NCBI GenBank assembly: GCA_016719515.1
Contig: JADJYZ010000037.1
Span: forward strand, 1-34,629
DNA length: 34,629 nucleotides
Direction of reading: 5' to 3'
From: Deltaproteobacteria bacterium
GTDB taxonomy: Bacteria; Myxococcota_A; UBA796; CAJQPC01
Shown here: one piece after another, positions 7,585 through 16,608 of the stretch
Layout: every line of letters begins with the position of its first letter
How positions within the stretch are numbered: position 1 is the stretch's first letter
Made by a program: the position numbers and the translations under genes
Notes under the pieces: model-generated
Told to the model about the DNA's origin: nothing
What the model saw: only the letters and a program-made list of their open reading frames with translations
Database searches by the model: none

Positions 7585-9903
7585 TCAGGCTCCGTCAAAG
7601 GAGGCGCGGCGGGCCTCACGGTCGCGGCGCTCGATGGCCTTGAGCACACGGTCGGGGGTGAACGGCGCCTCGTTCATCCAGACGCCGCAGGCGTCAAAGA
7701 TGGCGTTGGCGATGGCGGGCACCGTGGAGAGCTGGGGGCCCTCCCCGGCCTCTTTGGCGCCGAAGGGGCCCTCCTTGTCGTTGGACTCCACGATGATCGT
7801 GATGATCTCCGGCGTCTCAAACACCGTGGGGATCTTGTACTCCAAGATCGACGGCGCCCGGTGCAGACCGTGTTTGGTGTAGCTCTGCTCCTCAGCCAGG
7901 GCCTCCCCCACGCCCATGTACACGCAGCCCTCGATCTGGCCCTCCACGATGGTGGGGTTTAAGGCCTTGCCGCAGTCGTGCGCCGCCCAGATGCGCTCGA
8001 CGGTGACGAAGCCCGTCTCCGGGTCTACCACCACCTCGGCCACCTGGGCGGTGAACGAGTACGCCGGAGACGGCCCCACGGACTGGCGGCGAAAGCGGTT
8101 GCCGATCTTCGGGGGTTTGTAGTGCCCCACAAAGCCTAAGGTGCCGTGGCGCTCTTCAGCGAGCTGCACGGCCTCGGCAAAATCGAGGGCCTTCTCTGGC
8201 GCAGACTCGCGGAACACCTTCCCGCCGACCATCACCACGTCCTCGCCGCCGAGCTTCTCCGCCGCCGCCGCCCGCATCACCGCGTAGAGCTGATCCGCGG
8301 CCATCTTGGCGGCGTTGCCCGCGAAGAAGGTCACCCGGGAGGAGTACGAGCCCAGGTCTACCGGCGTGAGCCCGGTGTCGGCCTCCAACACCACACAGTC
8401 GGTCTCGGGGATGCCCAGGCGCCCGGCGACGATGGCCGCGAGCATGTGGTTAGAGCCCTGGCCGATGTCGGCGGTGCCCGAGAGGATCGACACCCGCCCC
8501 GAGCGGTCGGCGCAGATCTGCACGGCGCTCTGGGGCATCTCCGACTGCACGATCGGGTGCAGGGCCCCGCACATATACGCCGAGGTGGCCAGGCCGATGC
8601 CCCGGTTGGGGCCGAGCTTGCCGCGCTTCTCCAAGTACCCCGAGGCGGCGAGCACCTTGTCAACACACTCTTTGAGCGCGACGGACGTGATGCGCAGGCC
8701 GTTGGAGGTCTCTGTGTCGGGCTCCACGCAGTTCTTGAGGCGCAGGGCGTCGGGGCTCATGCCGATGGCGTTCGCGAGCTTGTCGAGGTGAAGCTCCAAG
8801 GCGAAGCGCGGCTGAATCGCGCCGTGGCCTCGTTTGGGGCCGCAGGGCGGGTGGTTTGTGTAGCAGCGGTGGCTCTCAAACTGCCAGTGATCGAGCTTGT
8901 ACGGCAGCGGCAAGAACACGCCGAAGTAGTACGCCGTCACCACGCCGTAGCTGGCGTAGGCCCCGCCCGCGGCCCAGGCCTTAAAGTCGGCGGCGGTGAT
9001 GCGCCCGTCGTTGGTGACGCCCATCTTCAGGGTCATCCGTGTGGGGTGACGGCCTCGGTGGGCGTAGAACACCTCCTCACGGTCGAGGATAAACTTCACC
9101 GGGCGGCCGGTCTTTCGCGCCAAGGCCGCCGCGCACAGCTCGTTGGCGAAGGGGTCGGACTTGCCGCCATAACCCGCGCCCACATCGGGCTTGATCACCC
9201 GCACGTCCTGCTCACGCATCCCCAGCACCTTGGACACGATGCGGTGCAGGTAATGGGGGATCTGTGTAGACGACCAGAGGGTGAGCTTGCCGTCTGGGTG
9301 GGGTTGGGCCAGGGCGACCTGGGTCTCCAGGGGCACATGGGTGGAGCCGGGGTAGTCGTAATTCGACTCGATGATCACATCGGCCTCGGCGAACCCGGCG
9401 GCGGGGTCACCGTATTTCTGGAACACCCGGCGTAAGACGTTTGTGTCGCCTTTGCGGCGGCGCTCGTCATGCAGGAGCGGCTTGTCGGGGTTCAGCGCGT
9501 CCTCGATGGTGAACACGCCCTCTAAGGGCTCGTACTCCACACGGATGAGCGCGGCGGCGCGGCGGGCCGTCTCTTGATCCACGGCGGCCACGGCGGCGAC
9601 CTCGTCCCCGATGAACAGCACCTTGCCCACGGCCAAGGCGTGCTCGTCCTGGGCCACGGGGATGACGCCATACGGCGTGGGGAGATCGGCCCCGGTGAGC
9701 ACGGCGTAGACCCCGGGCAGGGCCAAGGCCGCGCTCACGTCGATGCTCAAGATTCGGGCGTGGGCGTGGGGCGAGCGGTTGAAGGCCCCGTGCAGCATCC
9801 CGGGCAAGGTGAGGTCATCGGTGAAGCGGGCGGCGCCGGTGATCTTGGGCAAGCCGTCGATCTTGCCGCCGCGACGGCCAACAGGCGAATCAGGCTCGCT
9901 CAT
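7585..9903 (-). CDS. Xanthine dehydrogenase family molybdopterin-binding large subunit (CoxL/XdhA-like).
   Basis: 772 aa. Aldehyde oxidase / xanthine dehydrogenase a/b hammerhead and Mo-binding regions. Its ATGA overlaps the upstream 2Fe-2S gene. Confidence 0.9.
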   Translation of the reverse strand: MSEPDSPVGRRGGKIDGLPKITGAARFTDDLTLPGMLHGAFNRSPHAHARILSIDVSAALALPGVYAVLTGADLPTPYGVIPVAQDEHALAVGKVLFIGDEVAAVAAVDQETARRAAALIRVEYEPLEGVFTIEDALNPDKPLLHDERRRKGDTNVLRRVFQKYGDPAAGFAEADVIIESNYDYPGSTHVPLETQVALAQPHPDGKLTLWSSTQIPHYLHRIVSKVLGMREQDVRVIKPDVGAGYGGKSDPFANELCAAALARKTGRPVKFILDREEVFYAHRGRHPTRMTLKMGVTNDGRITAADFKAWAAGGAYASYGVVTAYYFGVFLPLPYKLDHWQFESHRCYTNHPPCGPKRGHGAIQPRFALELHLDKLANAIGMSPDALRLKNCVEPDTETSNGLRITSVALKECVDKVLAASGYLEKRGKLGPNRGIGLATSAYMCGALHPIVQSEMPQSAVQICADRSGRVSILSGTADIGQGSNHMLAAIVAGRLGIPETDCVVLEADTGLTPVDLGSYSSRVTFFAGNAAKMAADQLYAVMRAAAAEKLGGEDVVMVGGKVFRESAPEKALDFAEAVQLAEERHGTLGFVGHYKPPKIGNRFRRQSVGPSPAYSFTAQVAEVVVDPETGFVTVERIWAAHDCGKALNPTIVEGQIEGCVYMGVGEALAEEQSYTKHGLHRAPSILEYKIPTVFETPEIITIIVESNDKEGPFGAKEAGEGPQLSTVPAIANAIFDACGVWMNEAPFTPDRVLKAIERRDREARRASFDGA

Positions 9904-10415
9904 GTGGACCTCCCGTTCATCCGCTCGCGGGCCTGGCGGGCGGCGGCGAGGATCTTCGTGTAGCCCGTGCAGCGGCAGATGTTGGCGCCGAGCACCTCGT
10001 TGAGCTCGGCGTCGGTCGGGTCGGGCCGCTCGTCAAACAGGGCCTTGAGCGCCATGACGAAGCCCGGCGTGCAATACCCACACTGGGCGGCGACCTGCTC
10101 GTGGAACGCGGCCTGGATGGGGTGCAGCGCGCCGCCGACGGCCACACCCTCGACGGTGAGCAGCTCGGCGTCCTGAGCCTCGGCGGCCAGGGTGATGCAC
10201 GAGAGCCGCGGCGCGCCGTTCACCAAGACCGTACACGCGCCGCAGTCGCCGACGTCGCAGCCGTGCTTGGAGCCGGTGAGGCCGAGGTCTTGGCGCAGGA
10301 GGTTGAGGAGCGTGCGGTTCGCCGGGATCAACAGGCGTCTGCGGTCGCCGTTGACCCTCAGCGTGAGGACCAGATCGTCATCGGGCTCGGTGGGCATGGC
10401 CGCCACTATAACCAA
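9900..10415 (-). CDS. (2Fe-2S)-binding small subunit of the molybdenum hydroxylase (CoxS-like).
   Basis: Two Cys clusters, CDVGDCGACTV and CGYCTPGF...CRCTGY. TTG start according to the ORF track. Confidence 0.9.
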   Translation of the reverse strand: MVIVAAMPTEPDDDLVLTLRVNGDRRRLLIPANRTLLNLLRQDLGLTGSKHGCDVGDCGACTVLVNGAPRLSCITLAAEAQDAELLTVEGVAVGGALHPIQAAFHEQVAAQCGYCTPGFVMALKALFDERPDPTDAELNEVLGANICRCTGYTKILAAARQARERMNGRST

Positions 10416-10430
10416 TGGCTTCGGGGGCGG

Positions 10431-12653
10431 TCAGACGCGCTGGGCGCCTCGGGCGCGGCGCAGGCGATCGGACTCGCCTTCAGCGCGGCGGGCGGCGCGC
10501 ACCTCGTCCTCCAAGCGGCGCAGAGCCTCTCCGGCGGCGGAGACCCGGTCTTGCTCACCGATCAGCTCTTGGCGGGCTTTGCGGGCGGCGCCGCCGATGT
10601 CCAGGAGGCGCGCCGCCGTGGCCGTGAGCTTGGACTCCCAGCGGGCGTGCTCCTCTAAGGTGGCCTCGCGGTCGGCCTTGGCGGCGAGCAGCTCGGGGCG
10701 CTCGGTGGGGTCGGGGCGCTGACCGGCCTGCTCCATCGTCTCGACGCGGCGCATGCGGGCCTCGATCTGGGCGAGGTCTTGGGCGATGGCCTCGGGGCGC
10801 AGCTCTTTGAGGCGACCATCCAGGCGATCGGCCTCGGCGGCCAGGTCAGCGGCCTCGGCGCGCAGCTCGACGACGGTGCGGCGTAGGTCGGCCTCGGCGG
10901 GGGTGGGCAGCTCGGCCTGGCCGATCGCCAGCTCTAAGGCGGCGAGGGACTCCTCAACCCGGGCGAGGAGCTGGCCGCCGCGGGTCTTGGGCGGAGGCGG
11001 CGCGACCACCGGGGCGGCGACGTTCGGCGGCGCAGGGGCGGCGGCGGCAGGTTCAGCGGCGGCGGCGCCGCGCTCCACACGCACCTGGGGGCGGCTGGCG
11101 AGCAGCTCGGGCAGACGCTCGGGGGTGACGTGGGCGCGCAGGTCTCGGCCATAGGCCAAGGGCACCTTGTCGGCGTTGCGCCCGGCGTTGGAGGCGGTCA
11201 CCATCACGACGACGGAGATGAGGATCATCACCGGGAGCGCCGCCATGGCCGAGCCGAAGGTGAGCCCCACGGCGATGGCCCACAACACCCACATCGGCCC
11301 GAGCAGGTTGGGCAGGGTGCGCATCACGCGGTTCACCCGGCCATCTTCGTCCTCAGCGCGGCGGCGTTTTTTGGCGACGAAGCCCCGGCTCTCGGCCAAG
11401 GCGGCGAGGTTATCGACGGTGTCTTCGCTCACGCCAGAGACGAGGCGGAAGCGGCGCTGGTCGAGCACGGGGCTCACCAACAGGGCGTCGATGGGCAGCC
11501 CCGCCCGCAGCGCGACGCCGCGGGCGAGGAGCTCGGCGTCGGTGATCTCCGTGGACTCCGCCGTCCACTCTTCAGGGAGCTTGGGCAGGCCGAGCTGCAC
11601 CACCACCTTGTTGATCGCCTCGGCGGCGTAGCGGGCGCTCGTCTTGCCCGCCCGGGCGCTGCGCCGGGCGTGCCTGCGGCTGGCTTGGCTGGAGTGGCGC
11701 AGCTCCAGCTCAAAGCGGCCTTCAGGCAGGGCCAACGGCGCGGGCTCTAAGGTGTAGCTGGGCGGTGGAGGCGGCGGCGGGGGCTCGTCTTTGGGCGGCG
11801 CGCGGCGGTTTTGAGCCCGCGGCGGCGGGGCGACGATGCGCCCACGAAGGGCCTCGGCGACCTCAGCGGCGCCTTGGGGGCGCTCGTCTGGGGAGAGGCG
11901 CAAGAGCGCGTGGATGATGGCGCAGAGGTCGTCCGGCAGCTCAGGGCGCAGGCTGGCGAGGGGCTCGACCTCGCCGGAGAGCTGGCGTTTGAGCACGGCG
12001 GCGGCGTTTGGCCCGGCGAAGGGCGCCCGGCCTGAAGCGGCGTAGTACAGCACCGTGCCCAAGGAGTAGAGGTCGCTGCGGGGGTCGGCGCGCTCGCCGT
12101 CGTAGACCTCGGGGGCGGCGTGCCCGGCGGTGCCCAAGGCCCCGGTGTGCCGGGTGGACTGCCACTGCTCTAGCCGGGCGAGGCCAAAGTCGGTGAGCGT
12201 CGCCACGCCCGCGTCGTCGATCATCACGTTCGCCGGGGTGATGTCGCGGTGCAGCACGCCGGCGCGGTGGGCGGCGGCGAGCACGTCGGCCAGCCGCGCG
12301 CCGATGGCCCGCAGCGCCGTGCCGCCGATGGGGCCTTCAGCGGCCACCCGCTCGGAGAGGGTGCGGCCCGGGTGGTAGGGCATGGACAAGGCGAGGTGCC
12401 CGTCGAGCTCGTGCAGCTCTTGGGCCAAGAGCGCGCCCTCGTGTTTGATGAGCCCCGCCGTCATCACCTCGCGGCGCAGGCGCTCGCGGGTGGAGGCGTC
12501 GCCGACGAGGTGGGCGTGGAGGATCTTCAGCGCGACCCGGGCGCCGCGCACCCGATCTTCAGCGAGCCAGACCGTCGCCATGCCCCCACGGCCCAGCTCA
12601 CCGATGAGCGTGAACCGCTCACCGAGCACCGCGCCCCGGGCCAAGGCGCTCAA
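10431..12653 (-). CDS. Membrane-anchored Ser/Thr protein kinase. It has an N-terminal kinase domain, a Pro-rich linker, TM helices and a C-terminal coiled-coil.
   Basis: Kinase motifs GELGRGGMATVW, VALK, HRDITPANVMID and DFGLA. Hydrophobic segment NLLGPMWVLWAIAVGLTFGSAMAALPVMILISVVVMV. It ends 15 bp upstream of coxS. The start is TTG or GTG and uncertain. Confidence 0.85.
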   Translation of the reverse strand: MSALARGAVLGERFTLIGELGRGGMATVWLAEDRVRGARVALKILHAHLVGDASTRERLRREVMTAGLIKHEGALLAQELHELDGHLALSMPYHPGRTLSERVAAEGPIGGTALRAIGARLADVLAAAHRAGVLHRDITPANVMIDDAGVATLTDFGLARLEQWQSTRHTGALGTAGHAAPEVYDGERADPRSDLYSLGTVLYYAASGRAPFAGPNAAAVLKRQLSGEVEPLASLRPELPDDLCAIIHALLRLSPDERPQGAAEVAEALRGRIVAPPPRAQNRRAPPKDEPPPPPPPPSYTLEPAPLALPEGRFELELRHSSQASRRHARRSARAGKTSARYAAEAINKVVVQLGLPKLPEEWTAESTEITDAELLARGVALRAGLPIDALLVSPVLDQRRFRLVSGVSEDTVDNLAALAESRGFVAKKRRRAEDEDGRVNRVMRTLPNLLGPMWVLWAIAVGLTFGSAMAALPVMILISVVVMVTASNAGRNADKVPLAYGRDLRAHVTPERLPELLASRPQVRVERGAAAAEPAAAAPAPPNVAAPVVAPPPPKTRGGQLLARVEESLAALELAIGQAELPTPAEADLRRTVVELRAEAADLAAEADRLDGRLKELRPEAIAQDLAQIEARMRRVETMEQAGQRPDPTERPELLAAKADREATLEEHARWESKLTATAARLLDIGGAARKARQELIGEQDRVSAAGEALRRLEDEVRAARRAEGESDRLRRARGAQRV

Positions 12654-12729
12654 CCGCGCACCGGAGGCACCCGACCCGAGCTTGTCTGACGCGCCGCTTC
12701 AGTCACTGAGCACTTCCCTCCCCTGCTCC

Positions 12730-13561
12730 CTATTGTGGGGTGGCCGCCGCTGGCAAACCTTTCCCCAAACGGGCCATGGTGACCCACGCGGCGACGTCAT
12801 CGACCTCCCAAGAGTTGTCGGACCCACGCCAGAGCAGGCGGCCGTCACCGTCGAGCACCAGGATGTGCAGGCTGTGGAGGATGTCGCCTTGGCTCTCGAC
12901 CCGGCTGGCCCCGGCGCGTAACAACAGCGTCTTGAGCGCGTCGAGCTCTAAGCGGGCGAAGGTCCACGTGGGCGGGGTTCGCGCCGCGCTCGGCGCCGTA
13001 GGCCTTGAGCACCTCCAGAGAGTCCCGGGCGGGGTCCAGGGTGACGCTCACGATGCGCCCGTGGCCGAGCTGGCCTTGAAGCTCCTTGAGCTTGCTCGCC
13101 AACAAGGGGCAGGCCTCGGGCATGGGGCAAGACGTGAACAAGAAGGTGAGCACCGTCGGCACGCCTTGGCCCGCGCCGATGAGCACCGGGCCGTCCACGC
13201 CGGGCATCGTGAGCGCCGGGAGCTGCTCCCCTTCAGCCAGGGCGATCACCGCGTCGGGGGCCAGGGCCAGGGGCTCCTCGTGGCCGGTGACCTTGGCGCC
13301 GATGATCCGCACCGTGCCGTCTTCAGCGGTCATCAGGTTCGCCTGGATGAGATCCCCAGGGCGAAGCTGCCGGGCGAGGTTGGGATCGACGACGAAGGTG
13401 GTGGCGCCCTCCTCAAAGGCGCCGGGCACGGGGCCGTGCTCCAGCCGCACGCTGTGCTGGCCGACGTCGCGCACCACGCCGTTGACGGAGTAGGTGTCTC
13501 CAGCGACAAAGTTACAGCCGGCCAAGGCGAAGACGGCGATGAGCCCGCGCATCAGAGGCAC
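12730..13561 (-). CDS. SCO1/SenC family copper chaperone lipoprotein. An apparent frameshift near 12964-12980 interrupts it.
   Basis: Lipobox LAGC. Thioredoxin-like CxxxC (FTSCPMPEACP). The conserved C-terminus WTFARLELD...HSLHILVLDGDGRLLWRG lies in the adjacent frame (ORF 12730..12924). Confidence 0.75.
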
Positions 13562-13636
13562 CTCCTGAGGTTGGCAAGCCTATTCACGCGGGCGCGCCGC
13601 GTCGACGGGGCGTCGTGTCGCGGGTAAACTCCTCAG

Positions 13637-13858
13637 ATGCCCGAGTCTCCCGAGATCCCCGCCTCTTTGCCACGACGCGCCCTGCGGCGGGCGGGCAGAG
13701 CCGCGCTCAAGGCTCTGGGCGGCGCGGTGTATTACGCGATCTACCGCGAGCTGCCGAACCCCAACGATCCCGACCCCTACTGGCGTGAGATGCACCCCGA
13801 CCAAGACAAAGGCACGGGGCGCCAAGGTGGGGACTTTGAGCCCCCGCCGGGGATCTGA
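13637..13858 (+). CDS. Small hypothetical protein of 73 aa.
   Basis: The ORF lies immediately upstream (10-nt gap) of the large membrane protein gene. Codon bias is mixed and there is no clear SD. Confidence 0.3.
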   Translation: MPESPEIPASLPRRALRRAGRAALKALGGAVYYAIYRELPNPNDPDPYWREMHPDQDKGTGRQGGDFEPPPGI

Positions 13859-13870
13859 GGTCACACGCTG

Positions 13871-15745
13871 ATGCTCCCGCCGCTGCTGCTGTGGATCGGG
13901 CTCACCGCCTTCGCCCAAGACCCTGGGCCCCTCGTGGGCGACCTCTTGGGGCCGATGCCCCCGGCCACGACGCTTCGGGATGTAGACGTTCACCCGGAGT
14001 ACATCCGGCTGCGCTTCACCACCGACCGCGACTTCATCGTTGAGCTGACCCCACGCCGTGACGGCGCCTCGCCGGTGTGCAGCGGCGGCGGCGCCGATCT
14101 GTACGTGCGCCTCGACCTCGACGCCGATCAAGAGAGCTTCGACTGGGAGCCCCTGCCGCCCATCGTCGATCAGCTCTGCGCCCGGATGGTGGACCACCCG
14201 CCGCGGTTCCCGACCTCGGAGAAGGTGTTGGCCCCCGTCGCGCCGCCGCCGGATCCCGAGCGCCCGGCGCTGCCGTTTCGACCGATGCACGTCGTCGGCG
14301 TCCTCTGGGCGGTGGCGGTCCTCGCCGCCCTGCCGCGGGCGCCCTTGGCCTGGGGGGTGGGCCTCGTCGCGCTCTTGATCCGCCTGGGGCTCTCCCCGCG
14401 CTGGATCCTCGTCGGCGGCGACGCGGCCTATGAGCGCCTGCTCGACGCGAAGGGGCGCGGCGACTCAAACCCCTACTACGGCGACGGCTGGCAAGGGTTG
14501 ATGGGCCTCGTGTACACGCTCCTGGGCGAGCCCAAGACGACGGACTGGGTTCACCTCACGAACCTCGGCTTCTCGGCCTTGACCGTGGTGGCGCTCGTGG
14601 GGCTGATCTCGGCCTTGGGGGGCAGCCCCCTCGCCGCGGGCCTCGCCGGGCTCGTGTTGGCCGCGGCCCCGCTGCCGGTGCGGCTGGCGGCCACAGAGAC
14701 CGACTTTGTGCTCGTCGGGCTCGTGCAGGTGCTCGCGCTCTACGGCGCGGCGCGTGGGGATCGCCGCGGGGCGGCCCTCGCCGCGCTCTCTGTGGGCCTC
14801 TCCGTTCACCTGCGGCCCCTGGGCGGCGCCTTCGCGCTTCTGCCCTTGGGCATGCTCGCCTGGCGGCGCTCGGCCTGGGCCGTCGTGTTGGGCCTGGGGC
14901 TCTGCGCCTGGCGCGCGGTGGAGCTGCTGCCGCTCGTGCGGGAGGGCAGCGGCGTGGGGGTCATCCCCTTCGGTCGGCTCCTAGAGACGGACTTCTGGGT
15001 CAAGCGCCTCAACCCCTTGGGCCGCGCCCCGGCGCTGCACCTCAGCCCCTTGTGGTCGCCGTTGGCGTTGCCGCTCCTCGCCGTCGCCGCGGTGCAGCTC
15101 TCCAAGCCCGAGACCCGCCGCGCCTGGCTCTGGCCCTTGGGCTTGGGCATCGTGCTCAGCGAGCTGCCGTACCTGCCGAAGACCTCTCCCTTCGGCGATC
15201 CCCTGCGGTTTTTGCTCCCGGCGACGGCGATGTGGGCGGGGCTCGCGGGGTTTGGCGCGGCCTTGGCCTGGGAGCGCGGCGCCAAGGCCCGCCTGGTCCT
15301 GGCGGTGGCGGCCCTGAGCTTCGTCCCCCCTTGGCTCAGCGGCCAGCCGCGCTGGACGTGGCAGGTTGAGCACCTGGCCTTCGTCGAGGCCACCCGACTC
15401 GCCCCCGAAGGCGCCGAGGTGCTCTTTGACCCGGCCTTTGACGAGAACGGCAAGATCAGGATGTGGCTCAACACCCGGGGCGGGGCGCGGTGGCGGCCTT
15501 GGGCGCTGGGAGAGACCCCCGCCGAGGGCGCCCTTGTTTACCTCGGCAGCGCCGATCACCACCGGCGTTTAGAGGCTAGCGGCGCCGGGCCGAGCTTGGC
15601 CCAAGGCTGCGCGCTCACGCCGCTGACCACGATGGACCTGCCGCCCGAGACCGACGGCTGGATTGAGCTCGGCGACGCGCCGATCCCCGCCGGGCTCTAC
15701 CGCGTCGGGGCCTGCGGCCAGGGCTCAGGCTCCCCAAACCCCTGA
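13871..15745 (+). CDS. Polytopic membrane protein with an N-terminal periplasmic domain. It may be a GT-C-type glycosyltransferase-like protein.
   Basis: Signal-like N-terminus, then many hydrophobic segments. SD gaggt upstream. GC3-rich. Confidence 0.75.
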   Translation: MLPPLLLWIGLTAFAQDPGPLVGDLLGPMPPATTLRDVDVHPEYIRLRFTTDRDFIVELTPRRDGASPVCSGGGADLYVRLDLDADQESFDWEPLPPIVDQLCARMVDHPPRFPTSEKVLAPVAPPPDPERPALPFRPMHVVGVLWAVAVLAALPRAPLAWGVGLVALLIRLGLSPRWILVGGDAAYERLLDAKGRGDSNPYYGDGWQGLMGLVYTLLGEPKTTDWVHLTNLGFSALTVVALVGLISALGGSPLAAGLAGLVLAAAPLPVRLAATETDFVLVGLVQVLALYGAARGDRRGAALAALSVGLSVHLRPLGGAFALLPLGMLAWRRSAWAVVLGLGLCAWRAVELLPLVREGSGVGVIPFGRLLETDFWVKRLNPLGRAPALHLSPLWSPLALPLLAVAAVQLSKPETRRAWLWPLGLGIVLSELPYLPKTSPFGDPLRFLLPATAMWAGLAGFGAALAWERGAKARLVLAVAALSFVPPWLSGQPRWTWQVEHLAFVEATRLAPEGAEVLFDPAFDENGKIRMWLNTRGGARWRPWALGETPAEGALVYLGSADHHRRLEASGAGPSLAQGCALTPLTTMDLPPETDGWIELGDAPIPAGLYRVGACGQGSGSPNP

Positions 15746-15895
15746 CAGGGATCCGCCTGCCGTCGGGATCTGCGCGAAGTGGGGAGCGAGGCCTGAGCGC
15801 GCCCGCCAAGGCGGACAAAGATTGGCGTTTCTTCAGGCGAGAATGATCCGAACCGATGAGGCGCGTTGTCCTCTGAGGTGAACGGAGGTGCCCCC

Positions 15896-15997
15896 ATGTC
15901 TGAATGGAGAGATCGTCTGCTGCGCTGGCTCGACGGGCTGCTCTTTTTCCCCGAGCCAGAGCCCGCCCGCGTTGAGGCCCGGCGGCCCCGTCGATGA
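15896..15997 (+). CDS. Small ORF of 33 aa (MSEWRDRLLRWLDGLLFFPEPEPARVEARRPRR). It is translationally coupled to the downstream gene.
   Basis: A GGAGG Shine-Dalgarno sits 9 nt upstream of the ATG. The stop overlaps the downstream start as ATGA. Confidence 0.35.
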   Translation: MSEWRDRLLRWLDGLLFFPEPEPARVEARRPRR

Positions 15998-16554
15998 ACC
16001 CTGCCTCGCGTGCTCGCGCAAGGGTCGCGCGGGTGACCGCCGCCCCCCACGACCCGCCCCTGCCCCGCCACTTCCACCGCATCGAGGCCCGGGGCCATGT
16101 GGTGTACTGCCTGAGCCCCTTGGCCCCCGCGGAGCTCGTCCAGGCCGGGGGGCTGCCCCGGGAGGCGATCCTCGGCGTCACCGACCGCGACGTCGGGGAC
16201 TGGGCTTGGGGCCTTCGCCCAAACCAGCTCTTCATGGACCTCTTGACCCGCCTGCTCACCGAGCACGCGGAGCTTGAGCCGACGCTCACCCAGGCCGCCT
16301 TGGCGCTGCGGGTGGGCGTGCTGGAGCTCTGGGACGGCCGCGTCGGCTTCTCCCAGCGCGGTGAAGAGGATCTGCTCGGCTGCTTTCAGGTGCGTGAGGG
16401 TCGGCTGATGCCGCGCTCGTTCAACCCCAACCGGAGCTACACCTTGGTGACCGAGCGAGGCGCCATGCGGCTGCCCGCGCGACTTCAGGCGGCTCTGCTC
16501 GCCGAGCTGCGGTCGCTGCGGGTCTTGTGGCCTGGGCCCTCGACGACGCTCTGA
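15994..16554 (+). CDS. Hypothetical protein of 186 aa.
   Basis: Strong GC3 bias and ordinary amino-acid composition. The antisense ORF 15697..16575 is Arg/Pro-rich and looks like an artefact. Confidence 0.6.
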   Translation: MNPASRARARVARVTAAPHDPPLPRHFHRIEARGHVVYCLSPLAPAELVQAGGLPREAILGVTDRDVGDWAWGLRPNQLFMDLLTRLLTEHAELEPTLTQAALALRVGVLELWDGRVGFSQRGEEDLLGCFQVREGRLMPRSFNPNRSYTLVTERGAMRLPARLQAALLAELRSLRVLWPGPSTTL

Positions 16555-16608
16555 GGCCACCGCGCCGAGGGTCATTTGCGCGGCGTCGGGTTCTCCCCGG
16601 CGTCGCGC

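Noticed and set aside
7585-9903. Large subunit as a Mo-Cu carbon monoxide dehydrogenase (CoxL).
   Set aside because: I could not find the form I (VAYRCSFR) or form II (AYRGAGR) active-site loop. The equivalent region reads TAYYFGVF / PCGPKRGHG, so the generic xanthine-dehydrogenase-family call is safer.
16555-16608. Possible bidirectional terminator between convergent genes.
   Set aside because: There is only a weak 5-bp GC stem (cgccg...cggcg) with a 13-nt loop and no U-tract.
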